Shown here piece after piece: positions 48,594 to 62,012 of a stretch of 64,000 nucleotides of DNA; positions within the stretch are counted from its first letter, which is position 1, and the number at the start of each line of letters is the position of its first letter. The translations under genes and the position numbers were made by a program. Source of the DNA: Tubulanus polymorphus (taxonomy: Eukaryota; Animalia; Nemertea); assembly GCF_964204645.1 (NCBI RefSeq), contig NC_134033.1, positions 16,376,655 to 16,440,654 of the forward strand. Reading direction: 5' to 3'. The notes beneath the pieces are model-generated. The model ran no database searches, was not told the DNA's origin, and worked only from the letters and a program-made list of their open reading frames with translations.

Positions 48594-48868
48594 CAGAGGT
48601 CTAATTTCTACCCTTACCCTTACTAACCTTAACGTGAGTCTTTAAATTCGTTGAAAATGGAAAAGTACCGGTGCTACACGAAAACAAAAACTACGAAAAA
48701 AATGTTACAAAAACAACGACAAAAATGGATAACTACAAATGTTATAGTACATTGGAGTAGAACTTAAGTCCTGCTTTCATAACTAAGTCTGACTTTTAAA
48801 CTAATATTTAAGTCCTACATTAGAAATAACTTTAAGACTTGTCATTCGCTGAAATATTCTAGTAAAAC

Positions 48869-49928
48869 CTAAATTCTGCTGATTACGGCCGCCGCTAAGG
48901 TAACGACGAGCGTCGCTACGGACATCCGTGACGCAGTAGCGCTGTTGCACCAGTCACTCTCATCGCAACACACGGGGGTTTCTACAGTGGCTACTTGAGA
49001 GGCTGCTGGGACTGACGTTGCTCCTGTTAGAACGGCGTAGGCGTGGGTTTTTATATCGTTCTCGAAGCCTGTCTTCGCCTCGGCCACGTTATACTTGTAA
49101 GCGTCGTCATCGCATTTCATGGCTTCTACACAGTCTCGTAGCACGTAATTGATACCATTAGCCTTGCCTTTCATAATCTGCAATCATAAGAGACATTATT
49201 TCATAGTTGTCAGATTCATCATACATTATACGTCATAAACAGGGGCTCGTATTTGAAGTTTGGGTGTGAACTGTAGCTTAAATCATCCAGTATCCCAGGG
49301 TACAGATCATCCTTGTAGTACGAGGGATACTGGGTGATCTAAGCTACTACAGGAGGGTTAAAACAACGCAACGGATCTGAAAACGGAACCTGTAGTCCTG
49401 GTTCCATAGATATCTGCATTCATTTTGACTAAGTCCATGTAAAAATGTGTAGTTTAATGTAATTTTAGATCACTTACTACGGCTACGTGTTGATCACCAC
49501 CAGCACCAAGACCACATGGTCTACCGAGCAAGTTCATATAGCCGGCTTCGGTGGCGTGAGCTGCCTCGTGTATCGACGGTTGTCCATCAAAGCATGCCTT
49601 ATACCCGTGTGTTTTATGGGCAGCATTGGCCTTATCGGAGCCCTTACACTGGTATACTAAAAGTGGAGAACCCGCGCGTTGTCCTGAAATGAAATAACTG
49701 ACATTGAATGCAGGAAAGCATATTCGAGTTTATTCGCTTCATTTTCAATAAGCCTGCGTACGTAGTTGATTTTGAATCAAAACCGAACTCACAACTGTAG
49801 AAACACTTGAGTCGTTTCTGTTCAACTAGTTGAAATAGAAAAATAAATCATCAGTTTTAAATTTTAATCTTACCTTGCGCCATCAGAACGAGGCAGCAGA
49901 GGGCGGAGATACATAAAACTAACTTCAT
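48869..49928 (-). CDS. Secreted GPI-anchored Ly6/uPAR (three-finger, quiver/sleepless-like) protein, 189 aa
   Basis: Exons 49928-49874 (signal peptide MKLVLCISALCCLVLMAQG), 49683-49478 and 49177-48869. Motifs YQC, RDC and CCDESDWCN are followed by a small-residue omega region and a hydrophobic tail. Confidence 0.85.
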
Positions 49929-52900
49929 CTCGTAGAATTCAAGTCTTCACTTTGTGTGGTGTTGCAACCAAAAGATCTCACGAACCAAACTGATTCGAAC
50001 ACCGGAATACTCGGTTCTTAAATAGTTAACCTATCCATTGCTTGGTTACTAGAACTGTTTATTGTAGCAACAGGACCAGTTTTCATTTTGCTGCAACGAA
50101 AGTGGGCGGTTACAAAACTTCATCTGCATATGTTTGATGTGTTCCATAGCTCAGTTACGTCACGTGAACCAGTTCGGTCGGATCTTTTTTTTCATGATTT
50201 TTTCTTAATCCCAGAGTTTAACAGGGTGCAATGGCAAACACGACAGTAAACACAAAATGAAACTTGAAATAACGAGACAATAACGTTCCTGTCTACGCTT
50301 CTCCAGGCCCGTGCCGGGAGGGGGAATGTTTTCTGGGCAAAGGTACGAACCCCCTAAAGTTTTCAAAGTGCCCTTCAAAAAGTCAGTGACAAAAAATTCG
50401 AGTCAAGAATTTCATCGATATTTGGATACAATTTTCATGTTTTTTTGTGGTATATGGAAAGTAATAGATTCTCAAATAATCTATTAAGGTACCCGGGCAC
50501 TTCATATTATAGGTTCTTTTTCATTAGGAAAGTGTCCCTTCTCACGGAGAAACCCGAAAAGGGCGGTTCTTTATATAGGATATACCATTGATATTTGCAA
50601 AAGGGCACCAAAATTCCCCCCTCCGCTAAATAGGGAAATGACATGTCTCAACGCTGGAGGCTTAATATCTAGATGAAAATCAATTGAAAATGAAGCAAAT
50701 TTTGTTTGAATTGTCATTGCCTTATTGTTAAGCAGCCCATCTGACGGAATAACAAATCTAAAAGATACCAGTCCAGCCTTATACTTGAATCCTGACTATT
50801 GAACCGGCCATTGGATCGTTACCGTCAACACAAAAAAAATCAACATGTTCCAGCGTCGTGAAAAGCCGTTCACTGCTTGGGCATGTTTCGGATAAAAAAA
50901 ATTTATTCCAAATAAATATTCCGTGTATGTCATCAAACTATAAGGTTTCAAGCGTGTTTACGTATTAAGCGAGGGCTTGGGGTCTTCCTGACGATGAATT
51001 TAATATTTCTTAAATGCGTCGTAAAACACTGGTCTGTCTGACATCATAAATGAAATGAATTCCACATTTCTATGAACGTCTACGTCGTAAAATTTTGGTC
51101 TTTCTGACATCGTTATAATGAAAAGAATTCTGCATTTAAGAAAATTCAGTAAATGCGAAAACAAAGGTTGAACACGGCTGGCAGCGATCACGGGTTTTCT
51201 GCATTAACGATTCCGTTGTACGGATCGTAAGGCCCATTCTTCAGAGATGGTTCTTGCCAAGAGAAAAATGTAATGTTTCAACACAGATCAAACGGTTCAA
51301 AGGTTTTTGTTCTGAGTTTATTATTTTCGGATAAAACTATGAGCCACGAGGAGTGTGAAAACACTGAATGTAATGTTTCAACAATCAATAAAGTATCAAT
51401 TGCATTGATTTGAACTGAATTTCAATTGAATAATTTGTCCCGCTAGACGGAGCTGTTGTAGATAGATAGAGGCCACAACAGAAAGCTATTTCTCTCTCCT
51501 TTTATTAATTGTGCCTATTTAGAAATTGTAAATTTTATTGTTTGTTTGTTTGTTTTTTCTCTCAATTTCTGTACATGCGGCCTGCCATGCTTTCCATTAA
51601 ATAAATTTGAACTTGAACTTGAACCAGACGTCGTCACTGAGTAAGGCCGGAAGTAATTCGCCGCCATAATATGCTCAACCCCGAGGGGTGTCGCAATAAA
51701 GTGTTGATCAAATATAGTCATGTTTTAGAGTAAAGTTATTCAGTACCCTAATTCAGGGGCCAGTTTTACAGTTAATACCAGGACCTGAAGATAAGCAAGA
51801 ACGCGTACGGTAGCAGAATAAAACACTTTTATTAGTGTAATCTGTAGACGAGTTTTTGTGTAAAATTATGTTGAGAAATAATGGCTTGATTTGGTAGAAT
51901 AACCACACTCAGGCGTGGAGAACGGGTAATTATTTCAAAACCGAGTACAGTGTAACCTCGTTATAACGAACTCAGATACAATGATTCATTGGTTATAACA
52001 AATATAGAATTTCGTCCCAAGTAAGAAAATTTGATACTGGATACAACGAAGTATCGGTTATAACAGAGAGATTTTCTGGTCCCGTGAAGTTCGTCGTAAC
52101 CAGGTTCCGCTGTATATACAAAATTCTAAACGATTAAAATCGAATTTTTATCTCGATTCCAAACTAGGTTTCAAATTTATTAATGGCTTGATTCGAAGAA
52201 AAATGCATTTTCAAATGTACTTTTCATTTTGGAGATCTAAAACGAGTTTCTGTAAACAAAAAAGAGACACGTATGTGATTTAAGGATTGGGTTCATAAAA
52301 CCTCTTCAACGTTCTTAAAAATGAATAACTGGTAAAGACTTCGTAAAAACTGGTTGTACTTCGAAGGTCGATTAGATGTACTTTAACCGACGAACCTTTG
52401 GGGTGAATACATTTACTAGATGAAGCTTCTATGCCCCGCGAAATCTCTGAAATTAACCTGCACAGTCTACAGTGGAACCTCGTTAGTACGATGTCTGCGG
52501 TAAATTGAAAAATCATCGTACTAACTGAATTTCGCATTAACCGCTTTATAAAAACGATTTTATATTACCTTAAAATATTAACAGGACACCCCATAAAGAA
52601 GTTTATTGCACGTGTGTTCAGCGCCACAACACAATAGATAGCCCAGACGAAGCATAAATAATGCGGACGAGTTCAAATCTTAAAAAGTTCAAATTTATGG
52701 GAACTCATTAATGAACTATCGCGTACTAAACTTTTTTTTTACCGTAGCAATGAATGGGAGCGGCCACGTCGTATTACCCGGAATCTCGTGTATTAACGTG
52801 ATCGCTCTGAGCGATTCTAAAATTCACCATTATTACTGAGGTTTTCGTTTACAGCCGAATCGTACTCGAATAGTATAAATGATAATAATAATAATAGTAA

Positions 52901-53366
52901 TTTATTTACTTATAAAGCGCATTTCTATAAAACATAATCATTGCACTTCACATTATTAAAACAGATGAGACAGAAGCAGATTAAAACACTAATTGTACAG
53001 GTTTCTAAAATAAAACGTTTTTAAACGTGATTTAAAACATGAGACAGTTGGACTTTCACGAATTTCCTTTCACAAATCGACTCGTAATAGTGCTCTTATC
53101 ATAACCGAAACGAAACATTTTAAATGCGATTTTTACTCTCTCTGAGTCCGAATTACGCGTCGGACTCAAACCCACATTTTTTGGTGTAATCAAAATCTAG
53201 AAGTAGATTAAACTAATTTTCAATTACGTCCTTAACTTTTCATGAAATCCCAACTCATAAGTGTTGATGCCTCCTTACTGCTCTTACCATGATTTCTAAA
53301 ATTACCAGTTAATTTTACAACTACTAGTTTAAAAAGGAATTAAACAGTTGAAAGTTTTAATCTTAC

Positions 53367-53421
53367 CTTCTATCTTCAGGACGAGGCAGCAGAGAGCGGA
53401 GATAGATAAAACTAACTTCAT
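53367..53421 (-). CDS. Duplicate of the Ly6 gene's first coding exon (alternative first exon or orphan relic)
   Basis: 53355-53535 is a close copy of 49862-50047. It keeps the ATG, the 55-nt length, phase 1 and the GTAAGA donor, and encodes MKLVLSISALCCLVLKIEG. Confidence 0.6.
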
Positions 53422-55022
53422 CTCGTAAAATTCAAGAATTTTACTTTGTGTGGTGTTGCAACCAAAAAGATCTCCCGATCCAAACTGATTCGAGCACCGA
53501 AATCCTCGGTTCTTGAAAAGTAAACTAATTGCTTGGTTTGATTATAAACCAAGCCAATAAGTGTTTATTTATAAAACTAGCAACAAAAACACTTTCATGT
53601 TTCCTATGATCAATTATCTTAAGATGATATTTAATTATAATTGCTCATATATGTTTTACGTCGCGTTCTGTTGTCATGGATGTATATTCGGTTCCAACAT
53701 CAATCAGTTTAAGTTTAAAGTTGTTATAGGGTTTTTAGTTAATGCCATTTTTCATTTCCTAGTAACAATATTGCGCTTAAACCACTTCTGTGTCGGATAT
53801 CCTTCATTCATTTCAAACTATTCAAACAAACTTCCAACAGGTCTAAACCGGCAAGACTGATTGGGGTGAAATCAAATTTGGGGGATTTTAATCAAGGGGA
53901 TTTTACCGGGGGATGGGGGATTTTACCGGGGGATGGGGGGGATTTAACCGTTGGATGGGGGGATTTTTACCGTTGGATGATTTATCTGTTACCGGAAGCG
54001 ATTGCTGTTATGTATGGCTATTTTCCACTTCTCTTGTCTTTTTTCTGTTTCTTTATATTTTATAGTAAAATTTTTTATCGCAATCAAGAATAGTGACAGA
54101 ATTGAATTGAATTGAATGTACACAGGCGGCGGGGAAGCGAGTTGTTTCTACTGGGAACGCTCCGGTGGCAAGCGGTTTGTCGGTAGACTGGTTACCGGTC
54201 CCTATCTTCACAATGAATCGTAGACTGGTCACCTGTCCAATTCTGCGCCACCTGCATTCGCAGTCAGAATATAGACTGGTTGCCGGTCTCTACCTGTGGA
54301 CAGGCGACCAGTCTAAAGTCAGAATAGAGACCGGCAACCAGTTTAATTGAATGGAACAGGTAACCAGTCTAGTTTGCCGGTAAACAATACAATGAAATTA
54401 GAACCAACTGTTTTCAGACACGTTTTAGGCGTATTGCTATTCAGTTTTCATCCAAAGAGTAGTTTCGTTAAAAAGGAAGAGCCATTGGTCAATATATAAA
54501 TAAAGCTTCGTTTTGATTTAATTGATCCAAGATGGCTGCGCCCTTGATTTTGAAAATAGTCGCATTGTTTCACCATTGTTTTGAGGCGGAAATTAAGCGA
54601 TAGAGGAGAGATTTTAGAGTGAATACTTTAGCTGTAGCGGAAAATAATTTGACCGTTGGTGTCTGGTTTTATAAATTATTCACGTATCTGCTGGAGCCAC
54701 AAAAAACAGGGACGAGAAGTTGAGAGGAGTGCTGATGCTCGACTTTAAAACTGTATAGGCTGGATTGATTTTTATGTGATTTGTGGAGGAGAGAGAGAGA
54801 GAGAGAGAGAAGGGTCGTCAGTCGGTCTAGTTAGGCCTATATACAAACTTTAAGGTAGGTAGCAAGATTATATGTTAGGGAGCATCTCAAAATTCCAATA
54901 GTTCCGTCAATTAGAATAAACTGTCTCTAATTGGTTTCTGTATTGGAGTGGCCTAAATGAGAGATTGGCAATTAATATACGGTATTTAGATGGTTAGTCC
55001 TATTTAGATCTGGGTGCCTACA

Positions 55023-55456
55023 AGCGGTCATCCTTATTACCGAGATGATGTATTTTACCGAGATGAACCGAGATGAAATTAAATATAACATATTTATTTA
55101 TTCCATATTGATTTTAACCATTGAAATCATATTATATCAATAATAAATGCCTGCTGGAGTCATATTTTACATATTTTGTTGGATATTTTGTAGAAAAATA
55201 ACTTTTAACTTTACCGAGATGAGATCGTCGATCAATCAAATTCAATGAAATTTTATTCCTAACCGAGTTTACGTATTTGAAGTCAAAATTTTTTTAAATA
55301 AAAAAAATGTAAAATATGACTCTATAAGGTATTTATTACTGATATAACATGATTTTAAGTGTTAAAATCGATAAGGAATAAATAAATATGTTATATTTAA
55401 TTTCATCTCGGTTGATCTCGGTAAAATACATCATCTCGGTAATAAGGATGACCCTC
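55023..55456. mobile_element. Foldback MITE
   Basis: Long inverted arms GGTCATCCTTATTACCGAGATGATGTATTTTACCGAGAT... / ...ATCTCGGTAAAATACATCATCTCGGTAATAAGGATGACC. Confidence 0.8.
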
Positions 55457-56628
55457 TACAGTTACGGGAGTCTATACCATACGCACTTGCATGCCTTGGA
55501 ATGAATAAGGTTAGGGTAAGGTTCAGTTATACGTAGATTAGATTTCATCAAGCCAGTAGTTGTGTTCACTGTGGTTCAGTGGGTAAAGCACTGGACCACG
55601 GTTAGATATTGTTCCTTTGGTTTGATTCAAATCCCAATAAGCTTATTACATGCACCCCAAACAGGACTCCCGTAACCATAGCTGTTGCGCTCCATTTACT
55701 GATTCCTGTAACCATACATGGTTCCCTGTACCTCGTGTTGAGGCCTTCAGAAAAAAAATACAGCCATTGCCTGTTTGTGAGCTTAACTTATAGACTGTCA
55801 GGTGATCATCTCTAGACTACCCAAAAGCAAGGCTCATAGTGCCCTAACCATGTTTGCCCTCGGTAGGCCCTGTGGCCTGTTTATATTAGTTGACCAGCTC
55901 TATAGACTTATCAGAAGCTGGGGTTAGGTGGAAGGTGGAAGGCCTCCTAGGTGGAAGGCTATTTGCATTATCACCAGTTCCAGATAATCTCCAGCTAGGG
56001 TTAGGGTTGCAATGAGCTAACCTTAGGTGGGGGAGACTTTTAACACAGCAGGTGACCAGTTTTTGGACTAACCAAAAGCTAGGTTTTTAGTAGGCCTAAA
56101 CCATATTCACCCTAGGTGTGGCCTGTTTCTGTCAGGCGACCAGCGCATATTTTGATTAAGGCCGCGCCTAGGGTTGTTTTTTATTCTGTCGCATCAGATA
56201 ACAAGTTCTAAACCAACCTACGTGCACACACCTGAAGACCCCCTCCGACTAAAACAACGCACTTTAGGCCTGAACACCCGCATTAAAGTGTTACACTTTC
56301 ATTCACATTAACCCCACTAAAGATGGAAGCTGGTTACGAGGTCGTAGTTCTGTCGCACGGTGCTTTTAGAGATAGACGTGGTAGAGGCTTACCGAATCTG
56401 GGTCCGGATTCACAGTTCTTGGGTCGAATTTGATTCAAGAATTATTTCCTTTCTCGTGCTTGTAATTCTAGATTCGAATCTGAACCAATAGAGAACTGTG
56501 GATCCGTGAAACTCGAGTTCCTTCTGTTTAAACTAGCACCGACCGTCCGGAATCAACGGCCTCAAATCGAGAAAGCTGATTTAGCTAACATCGTTTGATT
56601 AGGCAGCGTCCAAATTAGACTACCAATA

Positions 56629-59600
56629 ATGCCCCCGCCTAAAAAGAAAGCGAAAACTGACGATGGTTCTTCGAATACTGCGGGTGCTGCGGGTGCTGCT
56701 GCTGCTGCTGCTGCTGCTGGTGGTACAGATATAATCGAAAGACTCGAATTGAGTAAGTATCATCCGATCATAGGTTTCACCATTCTGGCTCTGCAGTTGC
56801 TCAAAAGCTGATTGAGAGTTAACCTGTAGATAGTTGACATAGTGAATATTAAAAGTTCATCGTTACTATGGATGGTATCTATCCGCTGGGGCCGGTTGCA
56901 TGGTCATGGATTAGACTTAAGACCAGTCTAAGGCCAACTTAGATCTACAGCCAATCGAACAACTTAAGACCAGTCTTAAGATTTAAGCCCACTTTTGGAC
57001 TTAAGTCACGACTGTGCAACTGGCCTCTGGTTATCTTTAACCAACTGTTGAGCAACAGCAGGCTCTGGGTTGAGTTTGACTTTCTGAAATACACTTATTT
57101 CCATTGTTTATTTCTGAGAGTCAAATGTAAACCCGCAACTTCAGAACTGGGTTCAGAATCGCGATTGTGGTTCTCTTAGAATTCTTTTCCGGTACGCTGA
57201 TATGTTTGTGTTTTACTCTCAGGTCGAAGTCAGTTCGCAAAATCGATCGCCGATTTCAAGTTCAACAAAAAAAGAGTTCGAGTCCTGTCTAAAGCTCAGG
57301 ATATACCGGACGCGAGTCGAGGCGTCGTCTATTGGATGGCTCGAGATCAAAGGCTTCACGGTACGTTTTCAGCTGAACTTTTTTTCAAATGACGACAGTT
57401 CCACAGTTGCTGGTTGAGTTCGACTCAAGAAAAAAAGTTAATTTCAAATGTATAATAGCGTGCTAGGGTCTGATTTCGATCTAACGCTGTGGAACCCCAC
57501 CCAGTCCTGAACTAGAACTTCGTATTGATATGTTATGATGTCAATTACAACAGGCTTTAGAGAAGGTTGGGTGGGTATTGTCATTGTATTGTAGATAATT
57601 GGGCTGATTTGTATTGTATCATATTGTATTGTAGATAATTTTGCTGTATTGCGTTGTAGATGATTAGGCTGATTTGCGTTGTAGATGATTGGGCTGATTT
57701 GTATTAGATGAAATAACGAGACTCCCACAATATTATAATGAAAGACAAAATCTGAAAAGGAATTTCTAGGGCCAGTAGTTTATTCGACGTTTCAACTATA
57801 TTCTAATAGTAATCTTCAGGAATAATGAACGAAGATGACTATTAGAATATAGTCGAGACATCGAATAGACTACTGGCTCTAGAAATTATTTCTCGGATTT
57901 TGTCTTTCATTATCAATGTAGGATTAGTTATTTTATCATCACAACACAGATATAGTGTTTTATCAATGGTGTATTGTATTGTAGATAATTGGGCTGATTA
58001 GTATGGTATTGTATTGTAGATAATTGGGCGGTATTGTACGCTCAGCGTTTGGCGTTGAAGCTGAAGTTACCGCTTCACGTTTGTTTCTGTTTGGTGCCGA
58101 AGTTCCTCGAAGCGACGATTCGTCATTACGGGTTCATGTTGTCCGGGTTACGCGAAATCGAACGCGACTGTCGGCGATTGAACATCTCGTTTCACCTGTT
58201 GGACGGCTACGCGAAGGACGTTTTGCCCGATTTCGTGCGCGACAACCAAATCGGAGCGGTGATCACCGATTTCAGTCCGCTTCGAGAACCGCAACAGTGG
58301 GTGAAAGACGTCACGAAATTGTTACCGAAAAATATCGCGTTTTGTCAGGTGAGTTATCGATATTCTCTTGTCGACTGAAATACAGAATGTATATAACACA
58401 AATATATTTATAACACAAGCTCAGCGTTTCACCAGTGGTTTCTGAACTAAATTCTGAACTGATCACAAAAGTTTCCTAGTTGTAGCGAGCACCGTAATTC
58501 CACAATGGTTCAATTACGTTTTACTCTGTGATTTTAGTTGTTTTATTCTTTGTTAGGTCGATGCTCATAACGTTGTCCCGTGTTGGGAGGCGTCTCCGAA
58601 ACTAGAATACGGAGCGCGGACTATCAGGCGTAAAATACAGGACCAACTCGGCGAATATCTGACCCAGTTCCCGTCCGTTGCCGAACATCCTCATTCAGCC
58701 GATACAAAACCAGAGGTGCGTGAATTCGGCATTGCTTATGGGGGGAAGGAAGGAGAGAGAAGGGGATCACGAATTGTCCACTTCTCCCTCCTTAGTGTAG
58801 TGCTCAAAATTGCAAAACCAGCTAATTCTTACTTAGTGCCGAGTCCTGGACCAGTTATTGAGAGCGATGGCGCTCATCCTGACCGTTCAAAATGCTGATC
58901 ACTCTGAACTGACCTTCTATTTATCTTCAAACTCAATTACCCGGTATCTTAAAGCCAAGTAGTTGAGTTCTTAGCTGGTCTAAAATCTTAAGACTGGTCT
59001 TGGTAAGTTGTTAGATTGGCTATAGAACCCAAAATAGTCATAGACTGGTCTTGAATTGTTGGATTGGTTATAGAACCCAAATTGCCTTAGACTGGTCTTA
59101 AATTGTTGGATTGGCTATCGAACTAAGATGAGCTTAGACTAGTCTTATATCTAAACTACGACTGTGCAACTGGTACCCGATAAACATTCAATCGCGTTCT
59201 GTATTTCAGCCGATTGACTGGGACTCGGTGAAGTCAGGTTTACAAGTCGACCGTACGGTCGGTGAGGTTGACTGGGCCGTGCCCGGATCGACCGACGGGT
59301 TGCGTACGCTCGACGAGTTCTGTAAAATCAGACTGAAACATTTCGGCTCCGATCGAAATAATCCGAATAAAAAGGCGCTGTCGAATCTATCGCCATGGAT
59401 ACACTTCGGTAAGTCGCAACAATCGTCTCAGTTTCACCACCCGGACTAGTTGAGATAAGACCTGCATTTACGGGGTCCCTAAGACTCCTTGATCCTTAAA
59501 AGCTCCTCCTGAACGGAAGATGCTTTTAAAGGTGCTTCAATTGAAATTCCTTTGATTTGAGCATAGAATGCCTGAAACTCCTTAAAACTCTTTCAATTTT

Positions 59601-61900
59601 GAGAAATAGGCAATTAGAAATTTTTGTCTAGAGGTAGTTGAAGTTGTATGCCTGAATCAGTACAGTTGGAATCAGGATTTATTTTACCCAATTAGGCGAT
59701 TAAAAGCCTAAAGATAGGAATTTGCTAACAAAAGCACCAAGGTGATGGTTAACCGAGATAAACAGTACCGATTTAAGAGGAAATTTTTGTCTAGGTAGTT
59801 GAAGTTGTATGCCTGAATCAGTGCAGCTGGAATCAGGATTTATTTTTACCCAATTAGGCGATTGCCGAATTAAAAAAGTTAGGAATTTGCTAACAAAAGC
59901 ACCAAGGTGATGGTTAACCGAGATAAACAGTACCGATTTAAGAGGAAATTTTTGTCTAGGTAGTTGAAGTTGTATGCCTGAATCAGTGCAGCTGGAATCA
60001 GGATTTATTTTTACCCAATTAGGCGATTGCCGAATTAAAAAAGTTAGGAATTTGCTAACAAAAGCACCAAATTAATGATGGTTTACTGAGGTAAACAGTA
60101 CTGATTTAAGAGGAGTCAACTGTAACTGGCAAATGAAAGTGATGCAGACACTTCCTTGAAATTTTCTCCTTCAGAACTCCTTATATCCAGGAATGACTGT
60201 ATTTTTAATCTGTGTTTGTTTCGAACCCGTTTTAGGTCAGATATCGGTACAACGTTGCGTGCTGGAAGTGAATCAGTATCGCGGTCGATTCAAAGAATCA
60301 GTCGATGCTTACGTGGAGGAATCGGTGATTCGTCGTGAGTTGGCGGATAATTTCTGTTATTACAATCCGAAATACGATTCCATCGAAGGTAAGATTCCAC
60401 AGTATCCGCAATATCCAAACTATCCAGGTCCCGGGGGCGGATCCAGAGGCCAATTTGTCACTTCCCAAAAGGCAAGATCCTCCCCTGGTTCCACAGTTAT
60501 TCATTGAAATTTGGCCTTAAGTCATGAATCTGTGGAAGTGAACTAGTTTTAACTGAAACTGAACTGACAGCTTGGGAAACTTGATCCCGACCTGTAGAAG
60601 AATGTCCTGAGTATGTTTCATTTTATACATATCAGGGATTTTTAGCGCGTGCTATTACGATAAACACCCAGGGGCCAGTTGCTCAAAAGTTGGTTAAAGA
60701 TAACCGGCAGATAAATACCATAGTAACAATGAACTTTTAATTGTCACTATGTCAACTATCCACTGGTTAACTCTAACCAACTTTTGAGCAACTGGCCCCA
60801 GGAGTACCGCTTAGGTTTTACCATTTTTTGACGCAGGCCGAAGAGCCCAGTTGCACAGTCATGACTTAAACTCATAGAGGTCTTAAATCTCCACAATAGT
60901 CTTAAGTTGTTTGATTGGCCGTTGAACTAAGATGTTTTAAAACTGGTCTTAAACCTAAGCGATGGCTGTACGACTATGATTTGATTAAACCACAGTGTCA
61001 TTCCGCTGTCATATTTTCTTATTGCTGTGATGGCTGTATGTTTATAGGTGCGTACGATTGGGCGAAAACATCGTTGAAACTGCATGAAAAAGACGAACGA
61101 CCGTATTTATACACGAGACAAGAATTAGAAACGGCTAAAACGCACGACGACCTGTGGAATGCAGCTCAGGTAAAAACGACGAGAAAACCAATCACTCTCC
61201 TTTCGGCGATCAATCTTTACACCCCCGTGCGATGTACATAAAATTTGAATTTTTAAACCCCCCCCCCCCCTCTGTACGCAAAATCGGCCATTTCTTCATA
61301 TACATTAAGCATTACAGTGCGCAATTGCACTGACCCCTCCCCTCCTCTCCCCCTCCCCTAATGTGTGCGTAATAAATGAATGACCCCCATACTGATATAT
61401 TGCAGTGGTGTATGGTGTATCTTAAGTCGAAGCTTTTAGATCCACTCAATTTGCCTTCAACTCATATTTTAGTTGCTGCTGCTCTTAAGGCCAAAAAAAA
61501 TTGATACCTTGTTTCTCCGCTCTGCTGAGCTTAAATGTTGACCCGGCCGGCCGCCTATCTACCCTATACATTACTTTTTTTAAAATCGTGATCAATTTTA
61601 CCATAACAGACCCGGCCGCTATAGAAATGAACTGTTTATAAATTTTATCATATTTTACAAAAATGACCCGGCCGCTGCGGAGAAGCAAGGTATCATTTTT
61701 GTTAAGCCTAAAAAAAATTTTTGTTATTTTCATTTTCTAGTTGCAAATGGTGAAAGAAGGTAAAATGCACGGGTTTCTGAGGATGTATTGGGCAAAGAAG
61801 ATTTTAGAGTGGACCGAAAGCCCGAAGATAGCGTTAGAGACCGCCATTTATTTGAACGATCGATATGAACTGGACGGCCGAGATCCAAATGGATTTGTCG
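56629..61900 (+). CDS. phr: Class II CPD (deoxyribodipyrimidine) photolyase; the last exon(s) lie beyond the window
   Basis: Exons 56629-56752, 57223-57360, 58020-58348, 58557-58715, 59210-59408, 60236-60388, 61048-61169, 61741-61900. Class II motifs are present: [87 protein letters not shown]. The N-terminus has an NLS-like PPPKKKAK and a poly-Ala run. A likely 5' UTR exon ends at 54853. Confidence 0.97.
57733..57915. mobile_element. Inverted pair of Penelope-like termini carrying degenerate hammerhead motifs
   Basis: About 85-bp inverted arms. The left arm has the same TATTCGACGTTTC..TCTTCAGGAATA motif as the 45.6-46.3 kb array (57781-57824); the right arm has a decayed plus-strand copy. 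Confidence 0.65.
59600..60070. repeat. About 160-bp unit in 3 tandem copies inside a dispersed repeat
   Basis: GAAATTTTTGTCTAG..GTAGTTGAAGTTGTATGCCTGAATCAGT..AAAAGCACCAA occurs three times. Confidence 0.85.
60672..60798. mobile_element. PIF/Harbinger-type MITE
   Basis: Perfect TIRs GGGCCAGTTGCTCAAAAGTTGGTTA / TAACCAACTTTTGAGCAACTGGCCC with a CAG duplication. Confidence 0.85.
61489..61708. mobile_element. MITE family with three copies in the window
   Basis: Inverted subtermini GATACCTTGTTTCTCCGC / GCGGAGAAGCAAGGTATC, GGC..GCC ends and TAA flanks. A near-identical copy lies at about 45081-45298 and a diverged one at about 3005-3245. Confidence 0.75.
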
Positions 61901-62012
61901 GTAAGAATGAAAATTGAACGCGGTTTATTTCATTCGGGGAGGGGGGGTCTAAATGTGGTAGAGTGAACTATGCCTTGCTCATTAAGTGTCGAGATAGTTG
62001 TAAATATCTAAC

